Source of the DNA: Klebsormidium nitens
Taxonomy: Eukaryota; Plantae; Klebsormidiophyceae
NCBI GenBank assembly: GCA_000708835.1
Contig: DF237320.1
Span: 1 to 64,000, forward strand
Length of the DNA: 64,000 bases
Reading direction: 5' to 3'
Part shown: in pieces, positions 39,845 through 52,386 of the stretch
How positions within the stretch are numbered: position 1 is the first letter of the stretch
Layout: the number at the start of each line of letters is the position of its first letter
Made by a program: the position numbers and the translations under genes
Notes under the pieces: generated by a model
Seen by the model: only the letters and a program-made list of their open reading frames with translations
The model's database searches: none
What the model was told of the DNA's origin: nothing

Positions 39845-42800
39845 TTTCGGCGATCATTGTCACCATTGAGTGGAAGGTGCCCATCTCTTTGACGGACACC
39901 GTCATCATTGGGGACACCATCATTTGGAGCTGGGCCGACACCGCCCCCCACGACCTCACCTGTAAGCTCCTTCATGAGGCTGGCATAGTGTCAATTGAAC
40001 GAAGCAAACCTGCCAGTTTGAGAGCCTCTTGCCTTAAGATTCTTTCTCTTGGAGGACAGACTCTGGCTATCAACCCGCGTTTTCGATGCTTCATTTCCTT
40101 ATCTAGCTGTCCAGGTTTCCGTGACCATGTTCCAACATTTGCACGTGACTCCACAAATCAGAGATATACACCAAACCATTGGGGAGGCGTTCCGTGGCTA
40201 AAAATCACGCCTCCTCAGGCTTTCCCCTACTCCTCTGCAGTTCTGACTTACCCCGCTGGCTTTACTAGCATTGCGACCAACGGTGTAGAGGGGCTCATGA
40301 TCCCCACTACGCCAGTCCGGGGGCCTGTCAATGTGAGTTTCCATCCCAGTCTACCAGGGGAGTACACCTACCGGTACAGTGTTCACTCTTCCATGACTGG
40401 AACACTCACAGTGCTGGATAAGCATTGTAGTCGCAAGTACAGTGTCTATTAGAGCAAAGGGTTCAATTTGAACGGTAGTGACCAAAACGTCTAGATGGCC
40501 AGAATGTCTAGATGTGCTGATCAGAAGTCATTGATCATCTTTTCGAATGTGGATATGGGTCACACCGTGACTGGGCAACGTCACTCGGTCGAAGGGAACG
40601 TTTGACTACTTAAACTGTAATGATTCAACTCCAAGCCTAGGATTCTTGACACGATTCGGGCCGAGCCACGTGCAGGTGGTTTTGGGAGCTCCGAGTCGCT
40701 CTTCAGCACTCGTTGGGGGGGTATTGCTGATGCACCGTTGGATCGAGTTTCCTGTTTGCTGACGGTCGGATCTGCAGATCTGAAACTCGTTCTTGCGTAC
40801 ACGAAGAGTGAACACGGTTGAACAGGCACCGTAGCCTGCGCGCTGAAGCTCACAGCATTTCACATGCATGGCCTCTGACCACTTCTTATTGCCGTGCAGC
40901 GTCGGCGGTTGTAGTCACGTATGCCTGGAAGGTGCCAACCATTCTGACCAACACCATCAATCTCGGGGACACTGTCGTTTGGAACTGGGCCGACAGCGGC
41001 CCCCATGACGTTACCTGTAAGATCCTACTAATTTTAGTGTCAACTCAATCACTGCAGCAGATCTGCCACCGTGTAGATCCGCGGTTTTGGTCCTTTTCCG
41101 TATAGTTAGCTGGCCCTTTTTGACCCACCGAGTTTCTCACACACCGTCAGTGCAATCCAGTCAAGAGTGGTCAGGGCTTGATGGGCTTGAACCTTTCAAT
41201 CCTGGCCCCCTTCATTGTATCGAAGATCCCTACCGTTCAATCAGAGCTTTGAATCGCTTGAGACCCTTTTCAAACCTTGATATTACGTCAGTTTGACCCG
41301 GCGCACCCTCTCACGCTCCGTCTTCTCACCCCCTCTAAATCTGTCTTTCGTATCGTGACCATGTTTCGACCGTGGAGATGTTTCTTCACCTCTACAAGAC
41401 CCACAATACCCAAGATCGTGACCCTTCTCTTCTTCCTTTGCATTTTTGACCTATCCCACTGCATTTACCGGTATTGCCATCGACGGAGTGGTGGGGCTCA
41501 CAGTCCCTCCCATACCAGTCAAGGCCCCCTATAACGTGACTTTCCACCCCACTCTGCCTGGGACGTACTCCTACAGATGCAGCGTCCATTCGTCTATGAC
41601 GGGAACGCTCACAGTGCTCGGTAAGCCCCGGGTCGGATTGAGCTGGAAAGAGGGTGTATTCAAAACGAAGGAATAAAGACTTCTTTATCTACTGTCAAAA
41701 AATAAAAACGTGCGTTTGGATTTGAGATCATATGTGAGCAGACCAGGGTCGTTTGGGGAGCGGACTCCAAGTGCCAAACGTTACCCTATGGAGTTCAGCG
41801 ACGTCTCTTCATTTGCTGGTTCATAGTCGCCTCCGTTAATCATCACGACCCAGACCGGCAGCTTTGAGCTTTCTAAGCTTTGTACTAATTTCAAAAATGA
41901 CAGAAGTAGTCTGAGAGGGGTCAACTTGAACTTCGTCTCTTCTGAGAGTTTCTCTTGATCAACTTGTGCTTCAAAGAATTGGAGAATACGCAAACGTGAA
42001 ACTATACATCTCCGGCTCGAAACCACAGATTGCTTTGATCTCCGAGTTCCCTCTACAAGATCTAAGTTACTGGTTCAGGCCGCCTCACTGGGCCGTGGAC
42101 TTCCAATATGGCCACGGAACGCTGATTCAGACAATCGGTGACCTGAGAAAACAAGCTTTGAAAAGTGACGTTACCATCTGTGCAGGTCCTGACGTGGGCA
42201 ATATGACGCTCGGAGGCGCCACCATCACATCATCCACACCTGTACCGCTCCCATCTCCCCCCTCCAGTTCAAAAACGTTTCCAACGACAATCGCAGTTGC
42301 GGGCGGTATCGCTGCCGCAGCCATTATCATAGAAGCCTTAGCTCTTGCGTTGCTTCGCTGGAAAAGGCAGAGGAGTCGCCGACGTCCTTCCGCTAGGCCC
42401 TTGGACTCTGATGGAAAGGCTTTCGATCCCACGCAAGCCCCAACGTTGCCTGCTCGAGGGAGTTCCGGGCCGGTGTCGAGAGGGCTGCTTGACAATTGGT
42501 CCGACAGCGGACGTCAACCTGGGCCGGTCCTCTCGGATTCGTACTTGGAAGAGAGAACTCCGAAACCCCAACCGACTCAATTGGGAATGACTCAAAGGCC
42601 GCCAAAACCTGAGTTGCAAGAGCAATATACGCTGCGGCAGCTTCAAGCGGCCACCAATCATTTTTCAGAGGCTAGCGTCATCGGCGGCGGCTCATTTGGC
42701 GTGGTCTGCGAAGGTGTTCTAGCGGATGGTTCGGTGGTGGCTGTAAAGCGGTTGAGGAAGCGATTCGGCATCCGCCAGAGTGAAGAGAAGTTGTGGAGAA

Positions 42801-43720
42801 CGGAGGTGGACGCCCTTGGCAAGATGAGGCAAAAGAACCTGGTGTCACTTCTGGGAGTGTGCCTGGAAGGGGACGAGCGGCTGCTCGTATTTGAGTTCTT
42901 TCCCAGAGGTAGCCTGAACAGGCGGCTGCATGAACCTCGGGAAGAGGAGCCCGTCCTTACGTGGGCAGAGCGCATGTGCATTATCCGCGGCATCTGCCGA
43001 GGCCTGTCTTATCTTCATCACGACCTCCGGCCTCCAATGTTGCACAGGGACATCAACGCCGCCAATGTTTTGTTAACGGACGAGGAACCGTTGGAGGCCT
43101 GTATCGCAGACTTCGGCCTCGCGCACTTTGTGCAAGACGTGGGAACGAATACTTCGACCATGGTAAAGGGCACGGTTCCTTACATGGCCCCCGAATATCT
43201 GCACGGTGGGGCGCGGTTCCTCTCGCCAAAGTGCGACGTTTACAGTTTGGAATCCTCCTCTTGGAAATAATAAGCGGACAGCCAGTGGTGAGGCAACGAG
43301 AAGACGGCACAGTTGAGCGCCTCTCAAAGCTGGCCGCCAAGTTGGTCGGGCTAAGAAGGGAGTTCGAATGGTGGATCCGAAGTTGGGAACGGAGTACGAT
43401 ACGCAGGAGGCGATGTGCTGTATCCACGTGGCCATGGCATGTCTCAGAAACAAAGTGCCAACAAGCGACCAACCATGGAGCAGGTTGCCATAGATATAAC
43501 TCAGGAAGTATTGCGGCGAAGCGACTTCTTGGCGGAAGATTCGGGATCAGAAGTCTCGACGTTCCTGCAGGGTACTGGGACGGATTCTGGATCTGGGTCG
43601 TCCCCGTTTCTTTCAAGAGCTAGGACCACCTGGTCTGCTGCAAGATTTATTACTCCTAGGTCGAAGCAGCTAGGCCTGAGCTTTATAGCAACCTCGTCAC
43701 AAGGAGGCCCGGCCTCCTGA
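39845..43720 (+). pseudogene. Receptor-like kinase (RLK/Pelle) with two tandem cupredoxin (plastocyanin/amicyanin-like) ectodomain modules, probably decayed. Exons 39845-39961, 40241-40417, 40900-41016, 41444-41620, 42186-43720; signal-peptide exon not found
   Basis: Module 2: WKVP…GDTVVWNWADSGPHDVT…PGTYSYRCSVHSSMTGTLTV. TM IAVAGGIAAAAIIIEALALALL followed by RWKRQR. Kinase YTLRQLQAATNHFS, GGGSFG, VAVKRL, HRDINAAN, DFGLA, GTVPYMAPEY. Lesions: donor GT>AT (40418), acceptor AG>AT (41443), three -1 frameshifts (~43247, ~43368, ~43460). Confidence 0.82.
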
Positions 43721-44445
43721 AAAACCTTGAAGTAATTCTTCAGCAGCCTGATTAGCGTCAGCGCATGATGTGCCTTTGGTCGCTCTCCTTATGATATACT
43801 TCTCTCATGATTCAAGACATTTGGAGTGGCTCTGTTCGTCCTTCTAGTCTCATAGCATTCGAATGCATCTGATTGATACCGTGGTGCTTTGTCGTTGCGT
43901 GAGGTCACAATGGTCTTTTTGATGCTGCGCGCCAGACCGTCGATCAATTGAGAGGATGGTGGCCTAGCTAAACAGTTTAAAAAAAAAGAGTGTATCATGC
44001 ATGTCCAACCGATCCGATCGAATATGGTTCAGTGCGCACGCATACGAAGTGCGCCGCAAAAAGTTCGTAAGTTTCAAAACAGACACCATCAATCTGATGT
44101 AACTTGGTGCGTGCTCTAAACGGCGACACTGACCCGGTATCTGTGACCGTCGCGTACATCCGGCCAGTTTGACACTCGTTAGTGAATATGCTGTGGAAAT
44201 GTGACTCAGTGACTGAAGTTTTCACGCGGCTTGCTTTAAATTCGTGCGCCAGCACGCAAGAGAATGATGTCACGCAGATCAGGCCGTATAATGCGCATGC
44301 TTGGCTTTCCAGGTACGTCACTCGCGCCCGGTACTTTAGTCTGGAGAAAGCAGACCGGCGGCGCTCAAACGAGACCCAAGTGTGTTTGAGACCCAAGCAT
44401 CTGAAGTCCTTGTTGCAATCTTCCTCGTCTGTACAGACAAATAGC

Positions 44446-46428
44446 TTCCCCCGATCGAGTTCCCGACCCGCCACACGCTCGACATGTGGCTGGTCAAACT
44501 GCTGACCGCGGTGGGCGTCGAAGCCGCGGCACACCAATTCCGCTGCTGGGGACGACACATCACACTGACGACGCTTATCTTGGGCGTCGCCCTGGGCATC
44601 TCGGAGGCAATCCCCGACAACTCGGCCAAAGTGCTGCTAGTGACCGGGGCCACCGGGGTGTGCATGCCAGGTGTCGTACGTCATACCCGTGGGAAACCAC
44701 CTCATGCTCTACTTTGAAATGTAAGTGCCGCCGCCTCTAGTTGAAATTGGGTCCCTTGTCGCGTTGCTCTGCTAATGGCAACTGGTCTTCTCATTTTTTA
44801 ATATGAGAATCGAAGCAATCTGACAAGATTGAGTTGGTCAAGCTGGATTGACTGCCGGTGCTGGAAGCTTCGCGGAAAGGGTCTGCACCCACCGGAAAGT
44901 GGCTAAAGTCCTAGGATGCTGTCCATGCCAGCGTGGAAAGGGGTGGAACCCTGTCAAAAGTCCCAACAGTTGGTCGATACGCCAATCTTCAGCTGCTACG
45001 CTAACATGATCCGTTTGCCAGCCTCTACGGTTTAAGGGGTTCCTAAGTATCACTGTTCCGAGATTTAAGAAGAGAGAATTCTTACGAGAAGACGTCGAGT
45101 GGGCCTGCTTGTGCGCTCGGCAGCTGAGCAGCTTTGGGGGCAAGGTGTCTTTTCTACGGATATGCAAGCGTGAAGCACACTCCCTTTTTTTTCATTCATG
45201 AAAGTGGATGTCCCTCACAAGCGGAGACAGTGCATTGAAGCGTTCCTTTCGTACGACGTAATGATCGTCTGCTCTATAACATTTGAAACCTTCGTCTCCA
45301 CGCACGAAGACTCTGCGCAGACACGAAAACGTTTTTCTCAGGGCGAATGATCTGGATGTCTTAGACTCTCAAGGACAGCTTCCCTAAGCCCCCTCTTTTA
45401 GGCCCCAGTGGCTTCGCTTCCCGTGCCTATTCGCATCCAGACTTCAAGCTTTGTGTTTGCAGCACCCGGTGTCAGCGCCGGCTCAAAGCGGAGCTGATGC
45501 GGAACTTGTCCCTGCACGGAGGAGACGTCTCCGTGCACTCGCAGGTGGTCTCAAGCACCGGCTTAGTCGACCGGTTGCGTCTGCGGGATGCCCCGCCTGG
45601 TCGAAAGCGCTGCTCCAGCATCTTTTTGAATACCGGTCTTAAGATTTCTTGAAGGAGGACTGTGTTTGCTAGTACGGCACGATTCACAGGCGTTCCACCT
45701 TGCTCGTCTCCGCAATTGACCGGTTGCTGAAATGTCTGCCGTTTAGCCGAGGACCGATGAAGTCCTTGTTAAGCGGTTCAACATGGTATGTGATCAGCTT
45801 GAGTGCGATATTCAAGGAGGACGGAACGAGCAGCTAGATCCCACATCATTTGCCTCGACTCTGAACCAGTAATGGCCTCCGCAACCCCGGGCCAAGTCCC
45901 TCTGAAAGATGGTTCGTCTCTTTCAGAGTGACCACTGCTTTGAATCCGGCGAGCAAATCAGCGAGTTCTTTGGAGTGATCGTGGGGGACAGCAAGCTCTC
46001 CACCTGCTTAAAACGAGCGTCCAACAGGCGCTGGGGCGGTCCCTTGAAAGGTGTTGATCCTTTCCTTCTCATCATCCCTCGTCATTTCCCGGATTAAGAT
46101 CTTCTGTACATTGAAGCCAAACAGCTTTAACCAACACCTAATCATCGATGATATGGTCCCTCGCTTTGCCCTCGCCCAGTACCGCGGCCACGTGCTGCTC
46201 AAGGAGCTTCAGAACCTGGCCGTGCCTCTGAAAGAGGCGCTCCCCCCCCTGGGCCCCAACTCCGAAAACGGCCCCCCCAACGTGCTCGAGTATCGCAAAA
46301 AGCCCACTTACCCCGGGGCGTTCGGGACGCTGTACGAGGCCGTCACGCAAGTGGGCGCCCCGCTTCTAGTCCTCGCCGTCGGCGTCTTCTGCAGCGTCGC
46401 TGCGCTGACAACCATCAACACACTGTAA
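44446..46428 (+). pseudogene. 5'-truncated paralogue of the amino-acid transporter (equivalents of exons 8-10 only)
   Basis: High identity to 14250-16037; starts mid-exon 8; 4-nt CCAG insertion after GTGTGCATG (~44669) shifts the frame; exons 1-7 not present upstream. Confidence 0.88.
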
Positions 46429-47650
46429 AATAAGGGCAAGTATCGGTGATAAACTTACGATTCCAGTGCCAGCGCTTTCGGCCCTCTGCTTAGTACTGTC
46501 CGACAGGGTGCACAGTTTTTACTGATGGAAATAAGTCTGCTTGGTGGAAAGAGGCGCACTTTCGACAGCCGAGTAAATATATGGGGAGAAGAAGTAGGTC
46601 GATACGATTTCTTATTTAAGTTAGCCACTTGTAAGCGTCAAAAGGGCGAGTTAATTTCTGTAGGAAGAGGCAGACGGATCCACAACAAAGCATGCAGGGA
46701 TCGCAGACAAGAAGTCGCACCCTTGGCTACAGCTCTAGCAGTCTAGGCCGTTGGCTTCAGTCGTCAAACGTGGACAGGAACGTATATACGATAGTGTGAG
46801 GTGAAAAGGAGTCGGGGTCATGATGTTAAATGCATCCCGGCTTTTGCACACAGAATTTGATATTTGGCTATATGCCATAGAGTGTCATATGCAGATTCCG
46901 TTACGTGACAGTGACTGTACGACGGCTGCCGCAATTGCCAAGTTGGGCAAATGCATGCACTGAATAAGGCTTATGCGCGATATGACCGGGTGCCGGCCCG
47001 GCCCGGCCCGGTCCGGTTTCGCTTGGCGCGCCATGCCGCCCTCACCGTACATGCGGCATCGCCGGAGTTGGTCAAGCGAGTTCTGAAGAACCATAGTTGA
47101 AGCCTTGAAGGACTCTGTACAAGCAGGAGTATGCCCTCAACATTCAGGTTGCATGAATGATGATTGATGTTTTCTTCTTACGCGTACAATCAATCCTTTC
47201 CGACTCAACAGCTAGTGGATTCTGAATACGAAATGCATCATTGCATGGTCACCGTCCCGGTGACCGTACAGTACTGGCCACTGCCACAAGGAATCGAGAG
47301 GACTGCAGGAAACTGGCCGATATGCAGTGGGATTACATGGATGAGCAACCCTCCTCATTCTGAGACTCAGTGGCAGATCAGAGAGCCGTGACGGTCGTCC
47401 TTGTTTGAACGAACCGAAGCAGCTCTAAACCAATCAAGGTTGTTCGCGAGCTAGGAAACAGGCGTGAAGGGGTTTCTAGCCTTTTGATTGGGAGGTGAGC
47501 TTGAACCAGTCCGTGTTATAATCAGCTTCATGAAGACATCCGGCTTGAGTTATAGATCCACAGTCACGTAACTCAGAATGAAACGTGTAACGGAGTACCC
47601 TGCGCGCGTGCTAGAGGGAAAGCAAGAACCAAGATATCCGTCTTGCTCAC

Positions 47651-48981
47651 TGCAAGTGGTCCTCTTGAGGTTGGGCCCAGAGTCAGAGCGGCACTTCTGG
47701 CAGGCCTTGGCCCCCGAGTTGGGAGCGATGCTCAGATCTGGGCATGGCTTGCAGGTAGAAGTCTTGGCGGATCCCCCTCTGGCGTAAGTCCCCGGGCCGC
47801 AGATGGCACAGTCACGGCCCGCATGACCGGGCGCACATGATGCACAGCTGGCGGCGCCCGCTCCGGATGTGAAGCCAAGGCGCAGGGCTGGCAGGTTGTA
47901 TTGGCGGGGCATCCCCCAGGCCGCGAGAATGTGTTTTTGGTGCAAACGTTGCAGTTGCTGCCACCTGTGCCGCGGGGGCAGACGCAACCTGGGAAGGGAA
48001 TTTGAAAAGGTGAAGGAGAGTGAGAGAGTTGACCAATGTAATCAGGGAGGGGATATTTATACATGTTGTGAATGGAGGAGCTTTCTGGGTTCCTCTTGCC
48101 GTCGAGCTGGCTGTTGCACGTCAACCATCGTACCACAAGATCTAGTATTTGCCAGCCAAAGACAGCTATCATCAATGCTTCAGGCAGCCACTGCCGAAAC
48201 TTGTTGTGGTAGAAGTAGTCAATTGGTGCCTTTTGGTGACTCATGGACGGGCAGCCTGGCTGAACCAACATACAGTCACGATCTGTGCATTGCAACCAGG
48301 AGAAAGGCAGCAATGCAACGATCTGGTTAGACGACCTACTTGACATTAGGAACGGCTACAACGTCACCCTTTTGCTAGCTTTCCATACTTGCGAACAGAA
48401 GAACTTTGCGAAGAGAAGCATAAGATGCGAAAATTGCCTCATGCAGGAGTTTGTTTATACTATACATTTTGAAAGAGGGTCTAGGCGAGCCACCAGTGCT
48501 TCTAAAGCTGAAGCTAGCTCTAGCACTCTCTTAATTACAAGCGACCCAGTTCACTTGCTACTTCCTGCGAGCGTCAATCATGAGTGTCTAACCCCAAAAC
48601 TCTGACGTAATATTGCAGAAAATTTGCAGCTGCAGCCGTCGTTTGCAAACAACAAAACTACAATCTAAACTGCAAAGCTCGCTGGGTTCCATGCATCAAA
48701 GCAAACAACGAAGACCTAGTAGAAAGACAATGAAAGACCCGGGAGGTTTGGGGCCAATCACCAGCTCGCATGACCGCAAGCAGCGTTCTCGACACATGGT
48801 CAGCAAGCTCCTGCATGGTCGAGGTTGGCTTCAACGAGCTCGCTGGCGTCCGGAAGGGAGCCGGAAGGCTGGCTGCGGAGGCGTCAAGATCGCCCTGAAC
48901 CAGGCGTGCGGATGCGTGGCCCGCTCCCAGCAGGACTCCTGCGGAGATCACGAACAGCAGCGCAAGAGTAACGCACTTCAT
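47651..48981 (-). pseudogene. Decayed paralogue of the secreted Cys-rich protein (exons 48981-48762, 47988-47651; last exon absent)
   Basis: Signal peptide MKCVTLALLFVISAGVLLGAGHASA; 1-nt deletion near 47880; sequence equivalent to ~16680-18000, including exon 3, is missing; TATA region not retained. Confidence 0.82.
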
Positions 48982-49119
48982 CGTGCTGCTGGACGTCAAA
49001 CGAAAGGGCTGGCGTAGGGAGTCCGAAAGGAGCTAGGGACAAAGTCGAGGTTGTGAGCGGTGCGATGAATGGTTTGAAGTTCTGTTTTTGTAATCTGAAA
49101 GCGGTTCAATTACGCTGGA

Positions 49120-50150
49120 TTGCGTGGTGCTACCGAGCGAGTAGAAGGACCCCGTCCAGAGCTCCCTCCGCCGACTACGGATGACGTCATCTCCAGGGTC
49201 AGAGCTCCCCCCAGTGCAGACAGGCGCCCGGTACATCAGCGTCTTGGAACCCCGGCACAGAGCCCTGAGCGCCGTCCCATCTCGGAGCGGCTAACTGTTC
49301 CAGTGCAGGGGGAGCGGGTGCGGGTCGCAGACCGCCTCGGGCCAACCAACCGGTCCAATCTGCAAAATCGTTTAGGCACCCCTAACCCTTCTCCCCCTAC
49401 AGGGCCTATCGAGTCTAGCCCCGGGCATCGATTGCTGGCTTTGGCCGCAGAAACAGAGGACCGGGAGGCGATCGAGCTGGGCAGCCAACTCGAAGGGTTC
49501 CCCTCCCCGACACTCGCCCCCCGATCCCGAGTTCGAGTTCGGTCCCGTTACCCAGATGAGAGCGCTCAGCCCAAGCGCTCCCGGTTTGATCAGCCCCTTG
49601 CAGACTCCTCGGCACTCGGAGCCGAGCTTCTTTACATCTCCGCTCAGCGTCGCCTGCAGCAGCTGCAGCTTATCGCAAAGACTTGGGGTTTGCACTGCGA
49701 CGACCCCGATAACATTTGTCTGGGGCGGTCGAGGGACTTGAGTTGGATGGAGAACATTCAGGCGGAGATTGCGGAAGCAGAGGCGACAGTCGCTAGCACC
49801 AAGCATGGAAGGCAGACTTCGCAAAGGCGCGGGAAGTGGTGCAGGCGAAAGCCGCCGCAGTGTCCTCTGTGTCCACAGTGACTCTCGGGGCGGAGTTTAA
49901 GCCGCTCAAAGGGAAGCGCCCCGCGAACAGGCGCGGGGGCAAGGGTAAGAAAGGGGCTTCGCGCCCCTTCTCGGGAAAAAGGGATGTGGGACAAAACGGC
50001 TCCAGAACGACCCCTCTGAAGAGGTCGTCCACAACTTCTACTTCAGTCGTCACTACGGCTGCGATTTCGACCTCCATCCGGACGGTCTCCCGGAAGTCGC
50101 GCTGGGACGTCTGATCTTCTTCGCCTTCGTTTTCTCTACAAACAGTAAGT
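49120..50150 (+). mobile_element. Intronless, frameshifted Pro/Arg-rich ORF at the duplication breakpoint; possible gag/ORF1-like remnant
   Basis: Homology to 19600-19691 stops at CTGAAAGCGGT (~49104). It is followed by a 253-aa ORF with repeated RL(G/T) motifs and a helical segment that continues in shifted frames. No RT, integrase or transposase motif is seen. Confidence 0.35.
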
Positions 50151-52093
50151 CTCTTTTCCTTCTCGCTCCGGGACAAGCTCTCAGCGAGGGGATAGAGAAT
50201 ACAGTTGTGCTCTCCGAATACTCCCGCCCTCTGCGGAAGTCCCACCAGGATTGCGCGCGTATAAGATTGTCACACGTGGCATGAAGACACTTGCTGCTGC
50301 AGGGACAGGTGTGCGCGCTAAGCCGCGGCGCGGTATAAGTTCGACTTGCAGAGTGCGGAGTCTCCGTCTTTCAGGGTTTAGCACAGGGAATCTTTAGTGA
50401 CCACGCGCAACTCCGGAGAGCCGCACGACGGCTTACTCGATGTCGGAGTACCGTAGATCGATAGGCAGGAACCCGACCGTTAGTAGATACAAGTCGAAAG
50501 GCCTCGCAGAGAGAGAAGTTAGCTCTCTGCATTAGTAGCGCCGATTGGGCAAACTTAATTCAATATCTCATTGAGAACCTGCGCTAAGATTTGCTTGGTC
50601 TATCGTGCAGGTTCTCTACGGGGCCTCCTTCCGGAGTCTTCCCCGAGTCCCGGCGACCCAGTCATTGTGGCGCGCAAAGATGTAGTGCGCGCGCAGATTT
50701 GGAAGTCTGTCGAACAATCTAGAGTATTTGATAAAAGGAAGCTTCTAGTTACTAGCTACGTGGCATACATGCCTTACTTTCTAGAACGTTCATATGCATT
50801 ATGGTCTACAGTAGCGAAATAGACTGGGTACGTCACCTTCTATAAGCTATAAGATGTAGAAGGATGTTTGCAGACTGAGCACAGACCATGACTTTGATAG
50901 GAAGGCGCATAAGCTATCGTTCAGCTTAGGACTATAAAAGGACTGCCGAGATCCTTGTGGACGTCTCATTTCTCATTTGTAAAGATCCGTATTCCCGTTC
51001 ACACAGCTTCCGAAAAAGTTTTCGCTTCCGCACATACTTGTTTGATAGCAGACTTTGGTAGTCACACATACATAAATAAGGGTCTTTTAGACCTGGGGGA
51101 AAGGCCGCACAACACTTCGGCTAGAATCGATAGAAGTTTTGAAAACTTTGCAGAACTTTAGCTCATTCCTTGTGTTTTTTCAGATTTCCTAGCTTTTGGG
51201 GTAGAGCGCAGAGGCGCTAAGCAGAGCAGGAACAGGGGATCCGCAGCAGCACAGCCCAAGGGGCTAGTGCGCTGTGTAAAGCACTAAGACATTCTGTGTG
51301 GCTTTACTAAAGGCAGGACGCCTTGTTATATCTCAGGTATTGTTGCCCCTCATTGCATGGGTGCTGCGTGACTACTGTCGCTGCGCACAGTCTCCGTAGG
51401 AAGAATGCTCATGGCCATGATCAGGGAAGTACCCTTGTGATGGTATGACATGAGATGCGCCTCCCCGAGCACAAGTTTGAAGTGCATTGCTTGTATGAGT
51501 GATTGAATGAACCGGGATGATGAACTTATGAAAGCTTCGCACATGTAATTGCAGCCTAAAAGCTGCTAAAAGCAAGTGGTATGGGACACTTGTGCATTTG
51601 CTGAGAGCTACTAGGTTCCGGAGAGCTATGGCCTGAAAGGCACGCTACGCACACAAATTCCGCTGCGCAGGCGACTTCAAGTTGCGGCGGCTGAGCGCGC
51701 AGGCCTTATAAGCCATGGCCGCGTCGCTCCGCACGCGCTAGTGCGCCGAAACTCGATCGCCCCTGCCACGTGGCACTTAAACCCCGAGAGTGGGCAGTGG
51801 CCAGAGGGGGGTGTTCTCTAGAGAATACATGGGCCCTACTGTAGTAACTGCACGGTCTGCCGACCTGTACGGTCAAGCCTGCCGAACTTTAACCCTAGCA
51901 AAGACCGTGACGGCGGCGGTCGACATCATTGCTTAATTAGTTGGCGAGACCATGTGTACTAGCGCGGCCGCGCCGCCCGGCCTCACAGAGTTAAGTTACC
52001 TGACCGAACAGCGCCGGTTCTCAGGGTCAGGTCAGGTCATGCAGTTCTTGCCTTCTATGCTTTTAGTAAATGTAAGATTGAATCTGCAAGGAC

Positions 52094-52386
52094 TCGGCCC
52101 TGGAACCGGCATTTTTTGGGTTCGGAAATTCCAGATTCCAAGCGTCAAATAAGCCGATATTCCAGATTCCTGAGATCCAAAAATGCCAGATTCCTTAAAA
52201 ATGCTTCAAAATTTCCGGAAAAAGCTCTTGGTTTTGGAGGATTTCTAGATGCCACATTCCAGTTTTCCGTGATTCTCTTAAATTTTTAGAGATGCCAAAT
52301 TCCTTCAAAAAATTTAGGCCGTATGCCAGATTCCTGGCCCCAAAATATGGAAAATGCCGATGCCAAGATTCCGGTTCCAGGGCCGA
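52094..52386. mobile_element. 293-bp MITE, 16-bp perfect TIRs, 6-bp TSD
   Basis: AAGGAC|TCGGCCCTGGAACCGG…CCGGTTCCAGGGCCGA|AAGGAC; interior has about 7 degenerate (T/G)CCAGATTCC repeats. Confidence 0.88.
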
